Positions 9,918 through 20,255 of a DNA stretch of 64,000 nucleotides are shown here, in pieces. The DNA is from an uncultured Acidobacteriota bacterium (lineage in GTDB: Bacteria; Acidobacteriota; Terriglobia; Acidiferrales; UBA7541), in NCBI GenBank assembly GCA_963736725.1, contig CAVTPW010000007.1, positions 83,387 to 147,386 on the forward strand, read 5' to 3'. Positions within the stretch are counted from its first letter, which is position 1; each line of letters begins with the position of its first letter. A program made the position numbers and the translations under genes. The notes beneath the pieces were generated by a model. It searched no databases. It was given only the letters and a program-made list of their open reading frames with translations, and was not told the origin of the DNA.

Positions 9918-11243
9918 ATGACGACGACGGAAATCAGGACCCAGGTGGAACCAACGTACGAAGAACAAGCGCCCGAAACAAGGCCGGAGAAAAAGAGCCG
10001 CTTATTCTTGTTCCTGATCGTGTGCGTGCTCGCTTTGTTGATTCTAGGTGGCTTCACGCTGCTGCAGCGGCGAACGCAGTACCAGGCCCTGGCCAACGAA
10101 ACCGAGAAAATGGCGGTCCCCACGGTTTCCGTGGTTCACGCCACTCCCGAGTCCGGACAGGAAGATTTGACCCTGCCGTCAACGACCCAGGCGTACGTGG
10201 AGTCGCCGATTTACGCGCGAACCAATGGATACCTGAAGAAGTGGTACCACGACATTGGCAGCCGCGTGCGCCAGGGCGAATTGCTTGCCGACATTGACAC
10301 GCCCGAAGTCGATCAACAGCTTTCGCAAGCGCGTGCCGATCTCCAGACATCAAAGGCGAATGAAAACCTCTCTCAGATTACGGCGGCCCGCTATCAAGAG
10401 CTGATCAAGACCGATGGCGTATCGAAACAGGAAGTAGACAACGCGGTGGGCGATTACGCGGCGAAGAAGGCCACCACGCAATCCGCCGAGGCCAATGTAC
10501 GGCGGCTCGAAGAGCTCGAATCGTTCAAACACGTTTACGCGCCTTTCAGCGGAGTGATCACCCGCCGCAATGTAGACATCGGAAATTTGATCAATGCCGG
10601 AAACGGCGGCGCCGCGCAGGAGCTTTTTTTCCTGGCGCAAACCGACCCGATCCGCGCCTACGTCAGCGTGCCGGAGGTTTACTCGGCGACGATTCACGCC
10701 GGCTTGGGCGCATATCTTGAGTTGTCGCAGTTTCCCGGACAGGACTTTCAGGGCAAAGTCGTGCGCACCGCCGATGCCATCGACCTGGCCAGCCGAACGT
10801 TGAACACCGAAGTGGACGTGCCGAACAAGGCTGGGCAATTGCTGCCCGGCGGCTATGCGCAGGTCCACTTGCTGGTGAAGGTGAGCGGTCAGCGTTTGCA
10901 GGTTCCGGTGAACGCGTTGCTTTTCCGCTCGGAAGGATTGCGCGCGGTGCTGGTCGATGAAAATCACAAAACCCACCTGCAGCCGTTGACGGTCGGGCGT
11001 GATTACGGCACGGCGCTGGAAGTGTTGCAAGGACTCAAAGCCAGCGATTGGATCGTGCTGAATCCTCCGGACTCTCTCGAGGAAGGGATTCAGGTCCACG
11101 TGAAAGAGATACCGGTCAGCGCCCCGCTTGTCGGCGCGAGCCAGCAGCCGGCCCGCGGCGGCGACGCGCAAGGCAGCGGAGCGCCGAGCAACAATGCCAG
11201 CCCCTCGAACGGGACCCCAGCGCCCAGCGGAAACAAGCCGTAA
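9918..11243 (+). CDS. RND periplasmic adaptor (membrane fusion protein)
   Basis: N-terminal TM helix, IYARTNGYL, DIGSRVRQGELLA, YAPFSGVIT and SRTLNTEVDV motifs. ATG at 9918. Confidence 0.93.
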   Translation: MTTTEIRTQVEPTYEEQAPETRPEKKSRLFLFLIVCVLALLILGGFTLLQRRTQYQALANETEKMAVPTVSVVHATPESGQEDLTLPSTTQAYVESPIYARTNGYLKKWYHDIGSRVRQGELLADIDTPEVDQQLSQARADLQTSKANENLSQITAARYQELIKTDGVSKQEVDNAVGDYAAKKATTQSAEANVRRLEELESFKHVYAPFSGVITRRNVDIGNLINAGNGGAAQELFFLAQTDPIRAYVSVPEVYSATIHAGLGAYLELSQFPGQDFQGKVVRTADAIDLASRTLNTEVDVPNKAGQLLPGGYAQVHLLVKVSGQRLQVPVNALLFRSEGLRAVLVDENHKTHLQPLTVGRDYGTALEVLQGLKASDWIVLNPPDSLEEGIQVHVKEIPVSAPLVGASQQPARGGDAQGSGAPSNNASPSNGTPAPSGNKP

Positions 11244-12763
11244 TGCGACGAAGCAACCAATCCTGCCGCCGATTGCGGTTCGTGCAGGCGTTTGCGCGAA
11301 CTACGCTGGCGCCCGCTTTGCTTTTGTGCGCCGCGCTGCTGAGCGGCTGCACGGTCGGGCCAAACTACAAGCGTCCGGCCGCCACCGTGCCGGCGAAATG
11401 GGACGTCGCCGAACCCTGGCGTGAGAGCGCACCCAAGGACAGCGTCGCAAAAGGCGAGTGGTGGGCTGTATTCAGTGATGACGATCTAAGCAGTCTCGAA
11501 AAACAGGCGCTCGCGGAAAATCAGACCATCAAAATCTCCATCGCGCACCTGGAACAGGCCCGCGCTACCGCGGCCATTCAAGTCGCTACACTTTTCCCGA
11601 CGCTTTCCACTGCGCCCAGTATTGAACGCGAACGGCTCTCTGGGAACCGGCCGCCTAACAGCTCCATTCCCGTGACCGGCGCGGTCACGCAAAACATTTA
11701 CCAGCTTCCCTTCACCGTAAGTTATGAGGTGGACATTTTCGGCCGCAGGCGGCGAAGTATCGAAGCAGCGGAAGCAAGCTATCAAGCCAACGCTGCTGAC
11801 CTGGAAAATGTCCGGCTACTGGTTACTTCGCAACTTGCCGGCGATTATTTCAATCTGCGGCAACTGGATTCCGAGATCGGAATTTTGCGCCGCACCGTGG
11901 AATCGCTGCAAAGGGGCCTGGATCTGGTGAATTCCCGCCACAAAGGCGGCGTTGCTTCTGGCCTTGACGTAGCCCAGGAAGAAACGCTCCTGAACGCCAC
12001 GCGCACGCAGGCAACTTTGCTCCTGCAACAGCGCAAGCAGTTCGAAGATGCGATCGCCGTTCTGGCGGGCCGCGCGGCGCCCGATTTCCACGTCGCACTC
12101 AGGGAACTCAAAAGTGAGCCGCCGCCGCTCAATGCCGGAATTCCTTCCGACGTGCTCGAACGACGTCCCGATGTCGCCGAAGCGGAGCGTCTGATGGCGT
12201 CGGCCAACGCGCAAATCGGAATCGCGAAAGCGGCGTACTACCCTTCGCTGGATCTGTTCGGTCAAACCGGGTGGCAAACCGCCGCGATCACCTCGTTGGT
12301 GAACACCCAGAGTATATTTTGGGCCTTGGGCGCCAACGTGGCCGAGGATATTTTCACAGGCGGGGCGCGCCGCGCGCAGGTGCAGTACGCGCGGGCTGGA
12401 TATGACGCCAACGTGGCCAGCTACCGGCAAACGGTGTTGAGCGCGTTTCAGGAAGTGCAGGATGAACTCACCGCGCTCGGCGTCTTAAGCGAAGCGCAAC
12501 AAGAGCAGCAGCAAACCGTCGACGCCGCGCGGCGCGCGCTGGACATCTCCACCGACCGGTACTCAGGCGGTTTGGTGAATTATCTCGACGTGGTCACCGC
12601 GCAACAAAACCTGCTGTCGAACCAACAGCAGCTTGCGGTGATTCAAGGCCAGCGGCTGGTCGCCAGCGTGCTCCTGGTAAAGGCGCTGGGCGGCGGGTGG
12701 GACGCGTCGAGCCTCGCGGCCGTACAAGTCAAGCCGCGACGAAAAGACATCATCACTCCCTGA
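11243..12763 (+). CDS. Outer membrane factor lipoprotein (NodT/OprM/TolC family)
   Basis: ATG overlaps the adaptor stop (TAATG). Lipobox LSGC followed by TVGPNYKRP; SYEVDIFG and ERRPDVAEAE motifs; VLLVKALGGGW. Confidence 0.93.
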   Translation: MRRSNQSCRRLRFVQAFARTTLAPALLLCAALLSGCTVGPNYKRPAATVPAKWDVAEPWRESAPKDSVAKGEWWAVFSDDDLSSLEKQALAENQTIKISIAHLEQARATAAIQVATLFPTLSTAPSIERERLSGNRPPNSSIPVTGAVTQNIYQLPFTVSYEVDIFGRRRRSIEAAEASYQANAADLENVRLLVTSQLAGDYFNLRQLDSEIGILRRTVESLQRGLDLVNSRHKGGVASGLDVAQEETLLNATRTQATLLLQQRKQFEDAIAVLAGRAAPDFHVALRELKSEPPPLNAGIPSDVLERRPDVAEAERLMASANAQIGIAKAAYYPSLDLFGQTGWQTAAITSLVNTQSIFWALGANVAEDIFTGGARRAQVQYARAGYDANVASYRQTVLSAFQEVQDELTALGVLSEAQQEQQQTVDAARRALDISTDRYSGGLVNYLDVVTAQQNLLSNQQQLAVIQGQRLVASVLLVKALGGGWDASSLAAVQVKPRRKDIITP

Positions 12764-12939
12764 CGTTTCTTCCGACCTAAAATTCGTGCGAGCGCCAAAT
12801 CCGACGGATTTGCGTTCACCCCGTGCGCGTCGAAGCGAAAATATTCGCACGACCGTTTGTAGTAGGGGATATACCTCACAAGCATCAGTGTTTCCCCGTA
12901 TACCCAGCGACGCCCGAAGACGGTATCCTCAGTCCTATT

Positions 12940-14037
12940 ATGTCGATACGTCCTAGAGCCCAGCTGCGGATCGCCCAGGTTTCACCCCTGTATGAAAGCG
13001 TCCCTCCCAAGCTCTACGGCGGCACCGAACGCGTGGTGTCGTACCTGACCGAGGAATTGGTCGAACTCGGTCACGATGTCACGTTGTTCGCCAGCGGTGA
13101 TTCGAAAACCAAAGCGCGACTTGTTCCCTGCTGCCCGAAGGCCCTGCGCCTGAACCCGGATTGTATCGACCAGCTCGCGCACCACTACGTAATGCTCGAG
13201 GAAATTTTCGCGCGCGCCGAACAGTTCGACATCATCCATTTCCACATCGACTATCTCCATTTTCCCATTTCGCGCGTAACGGGGATCCCCCAACTCACAA
13301 CCCTGCACGGACGGCTGGACCTTAGCGATCTCCCTCCGCTGTATCACAAATACCCTGATATGCCGGTGGTTTCCATCTCGCGAGCGCAACGCAAACCATT
13401 GCCCTTTGCGAACTGGGTAGGCAACATTTATCACGGCTTGCCAGCGGGTCACCTGTCGTTGGGAGACGGGAGCGGAAAATACCTGGCGTTTCTCGGCCGC
13501 ATTTCACCAGAGAAGCGCGTCGACCGAGCCATTGAGATCGCGCTGAAAGTTGGCATGCCCCTGAAGATTGCCGCGAAGATCGACCGAGTCGACCGCGAAT
13601 ACTTCGAATCGCGAATCAAGCCCATGCTGGACAATCCCAACATCGAATACATCGGCGAGATCAGCGAAGACCAGAAGTCCGATTTTCTCGGCAACGCCTA
13701 TGCCTATCTATTTCCCATCGATTGGCCAGAGCCGTTCGGCTTGACGGTGATCGAATCGATGGCCTGCGGCACTCCCACGATCGCTTTCCCTTGCGGATCG
13801 GTGCCGGAACTGATCACTCACGGCACTAGCGGCTTCATCGTCGATAACATCGAGGATGCCGTCAAGGCCGTGGTTCGCGCGGGAGATCTGGACCGTGCCG
13901 CCTGCCGGCAATCCTTCGAGATGCGCTTTACCGGGTCGAGAATGGCCAAGGACTACGTTAAGCTGTACGAGTCCATGTTGAGCATCCGCTCTCTCTCCGT
14001 GGAAACGCCCGAGGTCGACTCGTTTCTCACGCAATAG
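12940..14037 (+). CDS. GT4 family glycosyltransferase
   Basis: PPKLYGGTERVV, YLAFLGRISPEK, and EPFGLTVIESMACGTP (E-x7-E). Start placed at ATG 12940. Confidence 0.92.
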   Translation: MSIRPRAQLRIAQVSPLYESVPPKLYGGTERVVSYLTEELVELGHDVTLFASGDSKTKARLVPCCPKALRLNPDCIDQLAHHYVMLEEIFARAEQFDIIHFHIDYLHFPISRVTGIPQLTTLHGRLDLSDLPPLYHKYPDMPVVSISRAQRKPLPFANWVGNIYHGLPAGHLSLGDGSGKYLAFLGRISPEKRVDRAIEIALKVGMPLKIAAKIDRVDREYFESRIKPMLDNPNIEYIGEISEDQKSDFLGNAYAYLFPIDWPEPFGLTVIESMACGTPTIAFPCGSVPELITHGTSGFIVDNIEDAVKAVVRAGDLDRAACRQSFEMRFTGSRMAKDYVKLYESMLSIRSLSVETPEVDSFLTQ

Positions 14038-14051
14038 GAAGGTCTCCCGTA

Positions 14052-16220
14052 TTGACGGACATTGTCCGGGTTGCCGACGAGTATTACGTCCGCGCATCCT
14101 CTGCATTAGTGGACGACCGCACCCGTGTGCTCAAATGCGGCGACACGTTTGCCGTTCTCAATCGCTATGGGGACATCGAAGATCTGGGATTCTCCCAGTT
14201 CGGACTCTTCCACGCCGAGAGCCGCCATCTCTCGCGTTTCACGTTGCGCCTGAACCAGCATCAGCCGCTCCTTCTCGGCTCGACCGTTCGCGAAGACAAC
14301 GCCTTTCTGTCGGTCGACGTAACCAACGTTGACACCGCGCTGAACACGGACGACAGCTTGCCGCGCGGCACGGTTCACATTTTCCGTTCGCAGTTTCTAG
14401 GCCCAGCCACCCACTACGAACACCTGCGCATCTTGAACTACGGCTTGGTGCCCGTGCGGCTCGCTCTGCTCTTTCAATTCGACGCGGACTTCGCCGACAT
14501 TTTCGAAGTGCGGGGCACAAAGCGGCAGCGCAAAGGCGAGCGCCTGCCAGATCATGTCGACGGAAGCGCGGCGATACTGGGGTACAAGGGCCTGGATGGA
14601 GTATTCCGCCGCACGCACCTCGAATTCTCTCCGCCTCCGACGTCTCTCACCTCGCGCGAGGCCCTGTTTCGCATTACGCTGGAACCCAAGCAGGAAACCT
14701 CCATCTACAGCACCGTTGCCTGTCAGCGCGACGCCAGCACCAATGGCGTCGTTTCCTTCCAGACCGCGTACCGGTCGCTCACCCGAGAATCGGAGCGCGC
14801 CCGCAGCGAAGAGTGCCACATCACGACTTCCAGCGAAAGTTTTAACGCTTGGCTCAATCGCTCTTCCGCCGATTTGCGGATGCTTATCGAAAACAATCCC
14901 GAAGGCCCGTATCCGTATGCGGGAGTGCCCTGGTTCAGCACGGTGTTCGGCCGCGACGGAATCATCACTGCGCTGGAATGCCTCTGGACTTCGCCGCGCA
15001 TGGCCGAAAGCGTCCTGAAATATCTGGCGGAAACACAAGCGACTCAGGAACTGCCCGAGCAGGACGCCGAGCCGGGCAAAATTCTGCACGAGATGCGCCG
15101 CGGCGAAATGGCCGCGACCAAAGAAGTTCCCTTTGGGCGGTATTACGGCAGCGTCGATTCCACGCCGCTCTTTGTCATGCTGGCTGGCGCGTATGTTCAG
15201 CGCACCGGCAACGTGTCGCTGGTGAAGGAGATTTGGCAGCACGTCAAAAGCGCTTTGCAGTGGATCGATACGTACGGCGACTCGGACGGAACCGGATTTG
15301 TGCAGTACAAACAGCAATCGTCCAAGGGATTAGTCCAGCAAGGCTGGAAAGATTCGAATGATTCCGTCTTCCATGCAGACGGAACCCTGGCTGAACCGCC
15401 TATAGCACTGTGCGAAGTGCAAGGCTACGCGTACGCAGCCAAGCGGGCCGGCGCATTGCTTGCTCGCGCTTTGCACGAGCCGGAGTTCGCAGACAGCCTG
15501 GACGCCGCCGCGGAAAAATTACGCCACAAATTCGAGGAAGCGTTTTGGTGCGAAGAGCTGGGCATGTACGCGCTGGCCCTTGACGGCCACCAAAAACAAT
15601 GCCAGGTGCGCGCTTCCAACGCCGGACACGCGCTGTTCTGCAAGATCGCCAGCCGCGATCATGCGCAAGCCACGGCGGCTTCGCTGATGAGCGAGCATTC
15701 CTTCTGCGGATGGGGTGTTCGCACCGTCGCGGCTTGCGAGTCGCGCTACAACCCGATGTCCTACCACAACGGTTCGGTGTGGCCGCACGACAATGCGCTG
15801 ATCGCTGCGGGATTTTCCTCGTACGGCTTGCAAGAGCATGTGGCCAAAATCGTGGAAGGCATGCATGAGGCCAGCCACCAGGTCGAGTTGCATCGCCTGC
15901 CGGAACTATTCTGCGGTTTTCACAAGCGGCCCGACACCAGCGGCCCCACCCTGTACCCGGTCGCTTGTTCGCCGCAGGCGTGGGCTGCCGGATCGGTGTA
16001 CATGCTTCTGCAAGCGTGCTTGGGCTTGAGCGTGCGCGGTCCGGAGCACCAGATTTGCTTCACCAAACCGAGCTTGCCTTCGAACTTGACCGAAGTGCGC
16101 GTAGAGAATCTGCGCGTAGGCGATGCCACCGCTGATTTCCTGATTCACCGGGACGGACCCGACGTCAAAGTGGAAATCCTCCGCAAGGCCGGCAACGTCG
16201 AGATCGTCGAGTCGGTCTAG
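14052..16220 (+). CDS. Amylo-alpha-1,6-glucosidase / glycogen-debranching-enzyme-like (alpha/alpha)6 hydrolase with N-terminal domain
   Basis: YAGVPWFSTVFGRD, AEPGKILHE, YYGSVDSTPLF, QGWKDS, YHNGSVWPHDN, LPELFCG and CSPQAWAA motifs. TTG start. Confidence 0.88.
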   Translation: MTDIVRVADEYYVRASSALVDDRTRVLKCGDTFAVLNRYGDIEDLGFSQFGLFHAESRHLSRFTLRLNQHQPLLLGSTVREDNAFLSVDVTNVDTALNTDDSLPRGTVHIFRSQFLGPATHYEHLRILNYGLVPVRLALLFQFDADFADIFEVRGTKRQRKGERLPDHVDGSAAILGYKGLDGVFRRTHLEFSPPPTSLTSREALFRITLEPKQETSIYSTVACQRDASTNGVVSFQTAYRSLTRESERARSEECHITTSSESFNAWLNRSSADLRMLIENNPEGPYPYAGVPWFSTVFGRDGIITALECLWTSPRMAESVLKYLAETQATQELPEQDAEPGKILHEMRRGEMAATKEVPFGRYYGSVDSTPLFVMLAGAYVQRTGNVSLVKEIWQHVKSALQWIDTYGDSDGTGFVQYKQQSSKGLVQQGWKDSNDSVFHADGTLAEPPIALCEVQGYAYAAKRAGALLARALHEPEFADSLDAAAEKLRHKFEEAFWCEELGMYALALDGHQKQCQVRASNAGHALFCKIASRDHAQATAASLMSEHSFCGWGVRTVAACESRYNPMSYHNGSVWPHDNALIAAGFSSYGLQEHVAKIVEGMHEASHQVELHRLPELFCGFHKRPDTSGPTLYPVACSPQAWAAGSVYMLLQACLGLSVRGPEHQICFTKPSLPSNLTEVRVENLRVGDATADFLIHRDGPDVKVEILRKAGNVEIVESV

Positions 16221-16303
16221 CTCTCATTGCTCTCTCGCAGTGGAGTCCACCGCAGTAACGCGCGACCCTGGGCTTCGCCCGGATGCCCCACAGGCAACCC
16301 CGG

Positions 16304-16312
16304 TGCTATCAT
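16304..16312 (+). promoter_or_regulatory. Candidate extended -10 element
   Basis: TG-C-TATCAT about 45 nt upstream of ATG 16357. Confidence 0.35.
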
Positions 16313-16356
16313 AAAGGTCCAATCACAAGAACCGGTACCCGCGAGGAGACGATTCC

Positions 16357-17247
16357 ATGTCAAATCTCATCTCTAGGAAAATGGCCACACTTCACAAGAA
16401 AACCATTTTCTCCGCGCTGATCCTCACCACTCCGCTCGCGTGTTTGCCGCTCGCGGCACAATTCCCGCAGCAGACCGTGAACACTGCGCCGGCGGCCGCT
16501 CCCAAGAGCGACCCGTCCAATATCTCTACAAAACCACCCGATCTTCCGGTGGAGCAGATCATTAAGAAATTCGGCGACCGCGAGCTGGAGTTCAAAAAGG
16601 AACGCGACAACTATACCTACACGCAAACCTTCGTCGTCCAGACCATCGACTACGACAACCGGCCCGACGGCGAGTACCGCATGACCAGCGATATTTTATT
16701 TACTCCTGAAGGTAAGCGCTACGAAAAGGTCGTCTCCGCGCCACCACCCACATTGCAGCGCATCTCGCTCTCACAACAAGATCTCGACGACCTCGAGCAC
16801 GTCCAGCCTTTCGTGCTCACGTCGGACGAGTTGCCGAAATATGACGTCAACTATATCGGTCGCGAGAACCTGGACGAACTCAGCACCTACGTTTTCGACG
16901 TGAAGCCCAAGAAAATCGAGAAAAATCAGCGCTACTTCCAGGGCCGCATCTGGGTGGACGACAAGGACCTGAACATTGTGAAGTCCGACGGAAAAGCGGT
17001 GCCGGACATCATCAAAAGAGGCAACGAGAACATCTTCCCGCGTTTTGAAACCTTCCGAGAAAACATCGAGGGCCACTACTGGTTCCCGACCTACACGCGC
17101 TCGGACGACGAACTTCACTTCAGCACCGGCGCCATCCACATGCGTATGACGGTGCGCTACGCCAATTACAAACGGTTCGGCGCTTCGATCAAGATCGGCC
17201 CAGCTACCGAGACCAAGGACCCGGACAAGGACAAACCCAAGAACTAG
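16357..17247 (+). CDS. Secreted/periplasmic hypothetical protein (beta-rich)
   Basis: Signal peptide ending PLAA-Q; preceded by GAGGAG; codon usage typical of neighbours; contains YFQGRIWVDDKDLNIVK. Confidence 0.8.
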   Translation: MSNLISRKMATLHKKTIFSALILTTPLACLPLAAQFPQQTVNTAPAAAPKSDPSNISTKPPDLPVEQIIKKFGDRELEFKKERDNYTYTQTFVVQTIDYDNRPDGEYRMTSDILFTPEGKRYEKVVSAPPPTLQRISLSQQDLDDLEHVQPFVLTSDELPKYDVNYIGRENLDELSTYVFDVKPKKIEKNQRYFQGRIWVDDKDLNIVKSDGKAVPDIIKRGNENIFPRFETFRENIEGHYWFPTYTRSDDELHFSTGAIHMRMTVRYANYKRFGASIKIGPATETKDPDKDKPKN

Positions 17248-17579
17248 ATTTCTTCGAAGATCGGCGCAATGTTCTCGTGCGCGCCACCCAGGTTTGACGT
17301 TGTAGCGACGATTGCCGTCCGCCCGCTGTTTGGAGGCGCTGAGTTCATTACCAGTTTTCGGCGCACGCTTCGAACGTATTGGTCTGCGCGGCGGTCAGAC
17401 GATCGTCCGTACCCGATCCGCGCAGCGCCAAGGAGCGAATCGTCGTGTCTGGTTGCGGGCGGGCGTTTCGCAACCGCGTCCTGATTCAGCGTCCGAGGGA
17501 ACAACGGACCGACAGGCCTTTTTCAGGGCCGAGATTATTTCGCGTCACTTCGTTCCTGCCGTAGTAGCCCGTGATGGCC

Positions 17580-19838
17580 CTACAGGTTGTCCAGAAAAAA
17601 CTGCGTCACTCGGTTCATCAACACGCGCCGCGCAGCCGGATCGCTCGCACCGTGCCCGCGGCCCGGGAAGGCCATCACCTCGACGTATTTCCCGGCTTCG
17701 ATCATCTCGTTAATGAGCGATAGGGTGTTCGCGTAATGCACGTTGTCGTCGCCGGTTCCGTGCGCGATGAGCAGCTTGCCCTGGAGTTTTGCCGCGTTGG
17801 CGATGGGCGAGGATTCCTGGTAGCTCTCTTCATTTTGCGGCAGCAACCCGATGTATCGCTCCGTGTAGATCGAGTCGTAGTAGTGCCAATCGGTCACCGG
17901 TCCGCCCGCAAAACCCACTTTGAAATCCTGCGGGTCTTCAAAGACGGCATGCAGCGTCATGTGCCCGCCATAGCTCCATCCCCAAATTCCGATGCGATGG
18001 GCATCCACGAAGGGCAGCGATTTCAGATAGGCAGCCCCGTCGCGCTGATCGGACAGTTCCTGCGCTCCAAAGCGGAAATGAATGGGCTCCTCGAATAGGT
18101 GGCCTCGGCCTGCCGATCCCCGGTTGTCTAGTGCGAAAATGATGTAGCCTTTCCGCGCCATCAGTTGGTGCCACAAAAATGTCGACCCTTCCCACGCATT
18201 CAACACTACCTGCACGTGGGGTCCCCCATAGGTGTAAACGAGCACCGGATATTTTTTCGTGGCGTCAAAGTCCGGCGGCTTGATCATCATGGCGTTCAGC
18301 TGGATGCCGTCATGCGATCGCACGGAAAGAAACTCCACCGGCGACAAGTGCAAATCCGCGAGCTCCGCCACTTTATTTTCATTCAGCGCGGCAATGCGCG
18401 ATCCGTCGATCCGCACCAGGTCCTGCCGCGGCGGGTTCATGCTGTTGGAATACGTATCCACAAATGCGGAGGCGTCGGGCGCGAAATTGACGCCGTGCGT
18501 GCCATCCTCCTTCGTGATGCGCGCAAATCCGGAACCATCGAGCGCCGCGCGATACAAATGCCGTTCGAGCGGTGATTTTTCCGCCGCCGTGAAGTAAACC
18601 AGCCCCTTTGCCTCATCCACGCCATCCACCGCGAAAACTTCCCAGTTCCCTTTCGTCACCTGTGCCAGTTGTTTCCCGTCCAGGTCATACAAATAAATGT
18701 GCCGGTAACCCGAACGCTCGCTCGACCACAGCAAGCGCTTGCCATCGTGCAGAAACCTCAGATCGTCGCTGACATTGATCCAATACAAATCCTTGTCGGT
18801 CAAAATCACTCGAGACTTGCCCGAATTCGCTTCGGCCACCAACAGCTCGATGACCGTTTGTGATCGGTTCAGCCGCTGTATTGCCACGTGCTTGGAGTCG
18901 ACCAGCCAATTCACGCGCGGAATGTAGACATCCGTATTCGTGCCGGTGTCCATAACCAGCGGCTCGCCGGCGTCCACATTTCCCACGAAGACCCGCACGA
19001 TCGGATTATTTCCCCCGGCAACCGGATAGCGTTCGTCCTCGGCTGCTCCGCTGTACGAGGCGAAGTCCACCAACGGATATTGCGTCACCTTCCGTTCATC
19101 CATCTCCAGGTAGGCAATCGCCGACGAATCCGGCGCCCACCAGTACGCCGTGGTGATGTCCAGTTCTTCCGGGTACACCCAATCGAGCTCGCCCTCCCGA
19201 ATTTCTTCGGTGCCTCCTCGTGTGAACGCGCGCTCCTTGCCGTCGGCCACGCCAACCAGCCAAATATTGTGATCACGCACAAAGCTCACGTACCGTCCAT
19301 TGGGCGAGATTTTCGGATCGGCGATTGCTTCCTTACCGGACACCAACGGACGCGCGGTCTGCGTTTTCAAATCAAACCAGGCGAGTGAGCTGGGCCCCTG
19401 GAACAGCAGCGCACCTCCCTCCGGCGCCCACTGATATTGCGCGGGAGCATGGCGTCCCAGTCCGGTCGCCTGGGTCACGTTCTGCGCCTCCGCGGGAAGC
19501 GCGTTCTCCAGTCTCTCTGCGGAAACCAGCAAGCGGGTCTCGCCAGAGGCCGCGTCCATCAACCAAAGCTCCTTCTTGTCGCCTTTGCCCCCAGCCAATT
19601 CTTTGAAAAAGCTTAGGTGTTTACCGTCCGGAGCCCAAGCGAGTCCAGGCGTCGGGTGACCGCTCAAGCTCGGCTCGCTGTAGATTCGGTCCACGCTGAG
19701 ACCTTTATCCCCTGTTTGCTGCATGGCCGCCGGGCGCGCTCCCGCGGGCGCCTGCCCCCCGGCCGCCGCCGGGGGAACCGCGCCAAGGTAAAATCCAAGA
19801 ACGCCCAGCAAAATCAACCCACCATTCGATTGCCGCAT
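17580..19838 (-). CDS. S9B dipeptidyl peptidase IV-like protein
   Basis: GWSYGG nucleophile elbow, HGTGDDNVH, FPGRGHG; propeller motif DWVYPEE; signal peptide from ATG 19838. Confidence 0.93.
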   Translation of the reverse strand: MRQSNGGLILLGVLGFYLGAVPPAAAGGQAPAGARPAAMQQTGDKGLSVDRIYSEPSLSGHPTPGLAWAPDGKHLSFFKELAGGKGDKKELWLMDAASGETRLLVSAERLENALPAEAQNVTQATGLGRHAPAQYQWAPEGGALLFQGPSSLAWFDLKTQTARPLVSGKEAIADPKISPNGRYVSFVRDHNIWLVGVADGKERAFTRGGTEEIREGELDWVYPEELDITTAYWWAPDSSAIAYLEMDERKVTQYPLVDFASYSGAAEDERYPVAGGNNPIVRVFVGNVDAGEPLVMDTGTNTDVYIPRVNWLVDSKHVAIQRLNRSQTVIELLVAEANSGKSRVILTDKDLYWINVSDDLRFLHDGKRLLWSSERSGYRHIYLYDLDGKQLAQVTKGNWEVFAVDGVDEAKGLVYFTAAEKSPLERHLYRAALDGSGFARITKEDGTHGVNFAPDASAFVDTYSNSMNPPRQDLVRIDGSRIAALNENKVAELADLHLSPVEFLSVRSHDGIQLNAMMIKPPDFDATKKYPVLVYTYGGPHVQVVLNAWEGSTFLWHQLMARKGYIIFALDNRGSAGRGHLFEEPIHFRFGAQELSDQRDGAAYLKSLPFVDAHRIGIWGWSYGGHMTLHAVFEDPQDFKVGFAGGPVTDWHYYDSIYTERYIGLLPQNEESYQESSPIANAAKLQGKLLIAHGTGDDNVHYANTLSLINEMIEAGKYVEVMAFPGRGHGASDPAARRVLMNRVTQFFLDNL

Positions 19839-19996
19839 TCCGCCTCCGCAAAACCGCCCCACATCTTAGCCTGAGCAGTACGATCGGCAAAACCAGCCAA
19901 TCGCGTCGCCCCGATGCGGCACGAATCGCTACGCGTTCAAGTTGGCATGAGACGTGTACTGTAGATACCGTAGCTCCGGCCCTCATTCTTTGGGTC

Positions 19997-20025
19997 TTGA
20001 GTGCGGTAGAAACCGTCTATATAAT
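19997..20025 (+). promoter_or_regulatory. sigma70-type promoter for the large secreted lectin gene
   Basis: TTGAGT (19997-20002), 17-nt spacer, TATAAT (20020-20025). Confidence 0.6.
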
Positions 20026-20255
20026 CCTGCGCACTGTCGCGGATCGACGAGACCGATTGCCCAACGTCGCGCCTGGTCCCAGCCCCGCCGAAAGGTTAGT
20101 GGAAACAACCGAGTGGCTGCGTGGTTTTCCGTGTCCGTCCCCGACACTAACGAAAAGTTGGTCGGTTCAGAATTTAGGGGGGTAGTCCGGTCATGTTCCA
20201 TTTTCCGCACGTGTGTGTCGAGGTTCGCGGCGGCTTCTCAGAAAGCCGGCGGGGA

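Noticed and set aside
20026-20255. c-di-GMP-I/II riboswitch in the lectin-gene leader
   Set aside because: GCCGAAAGG and GGAAACAA fragments are present, but the conserved cores and their spacing are not. Kept only as an unnamed structured leader.
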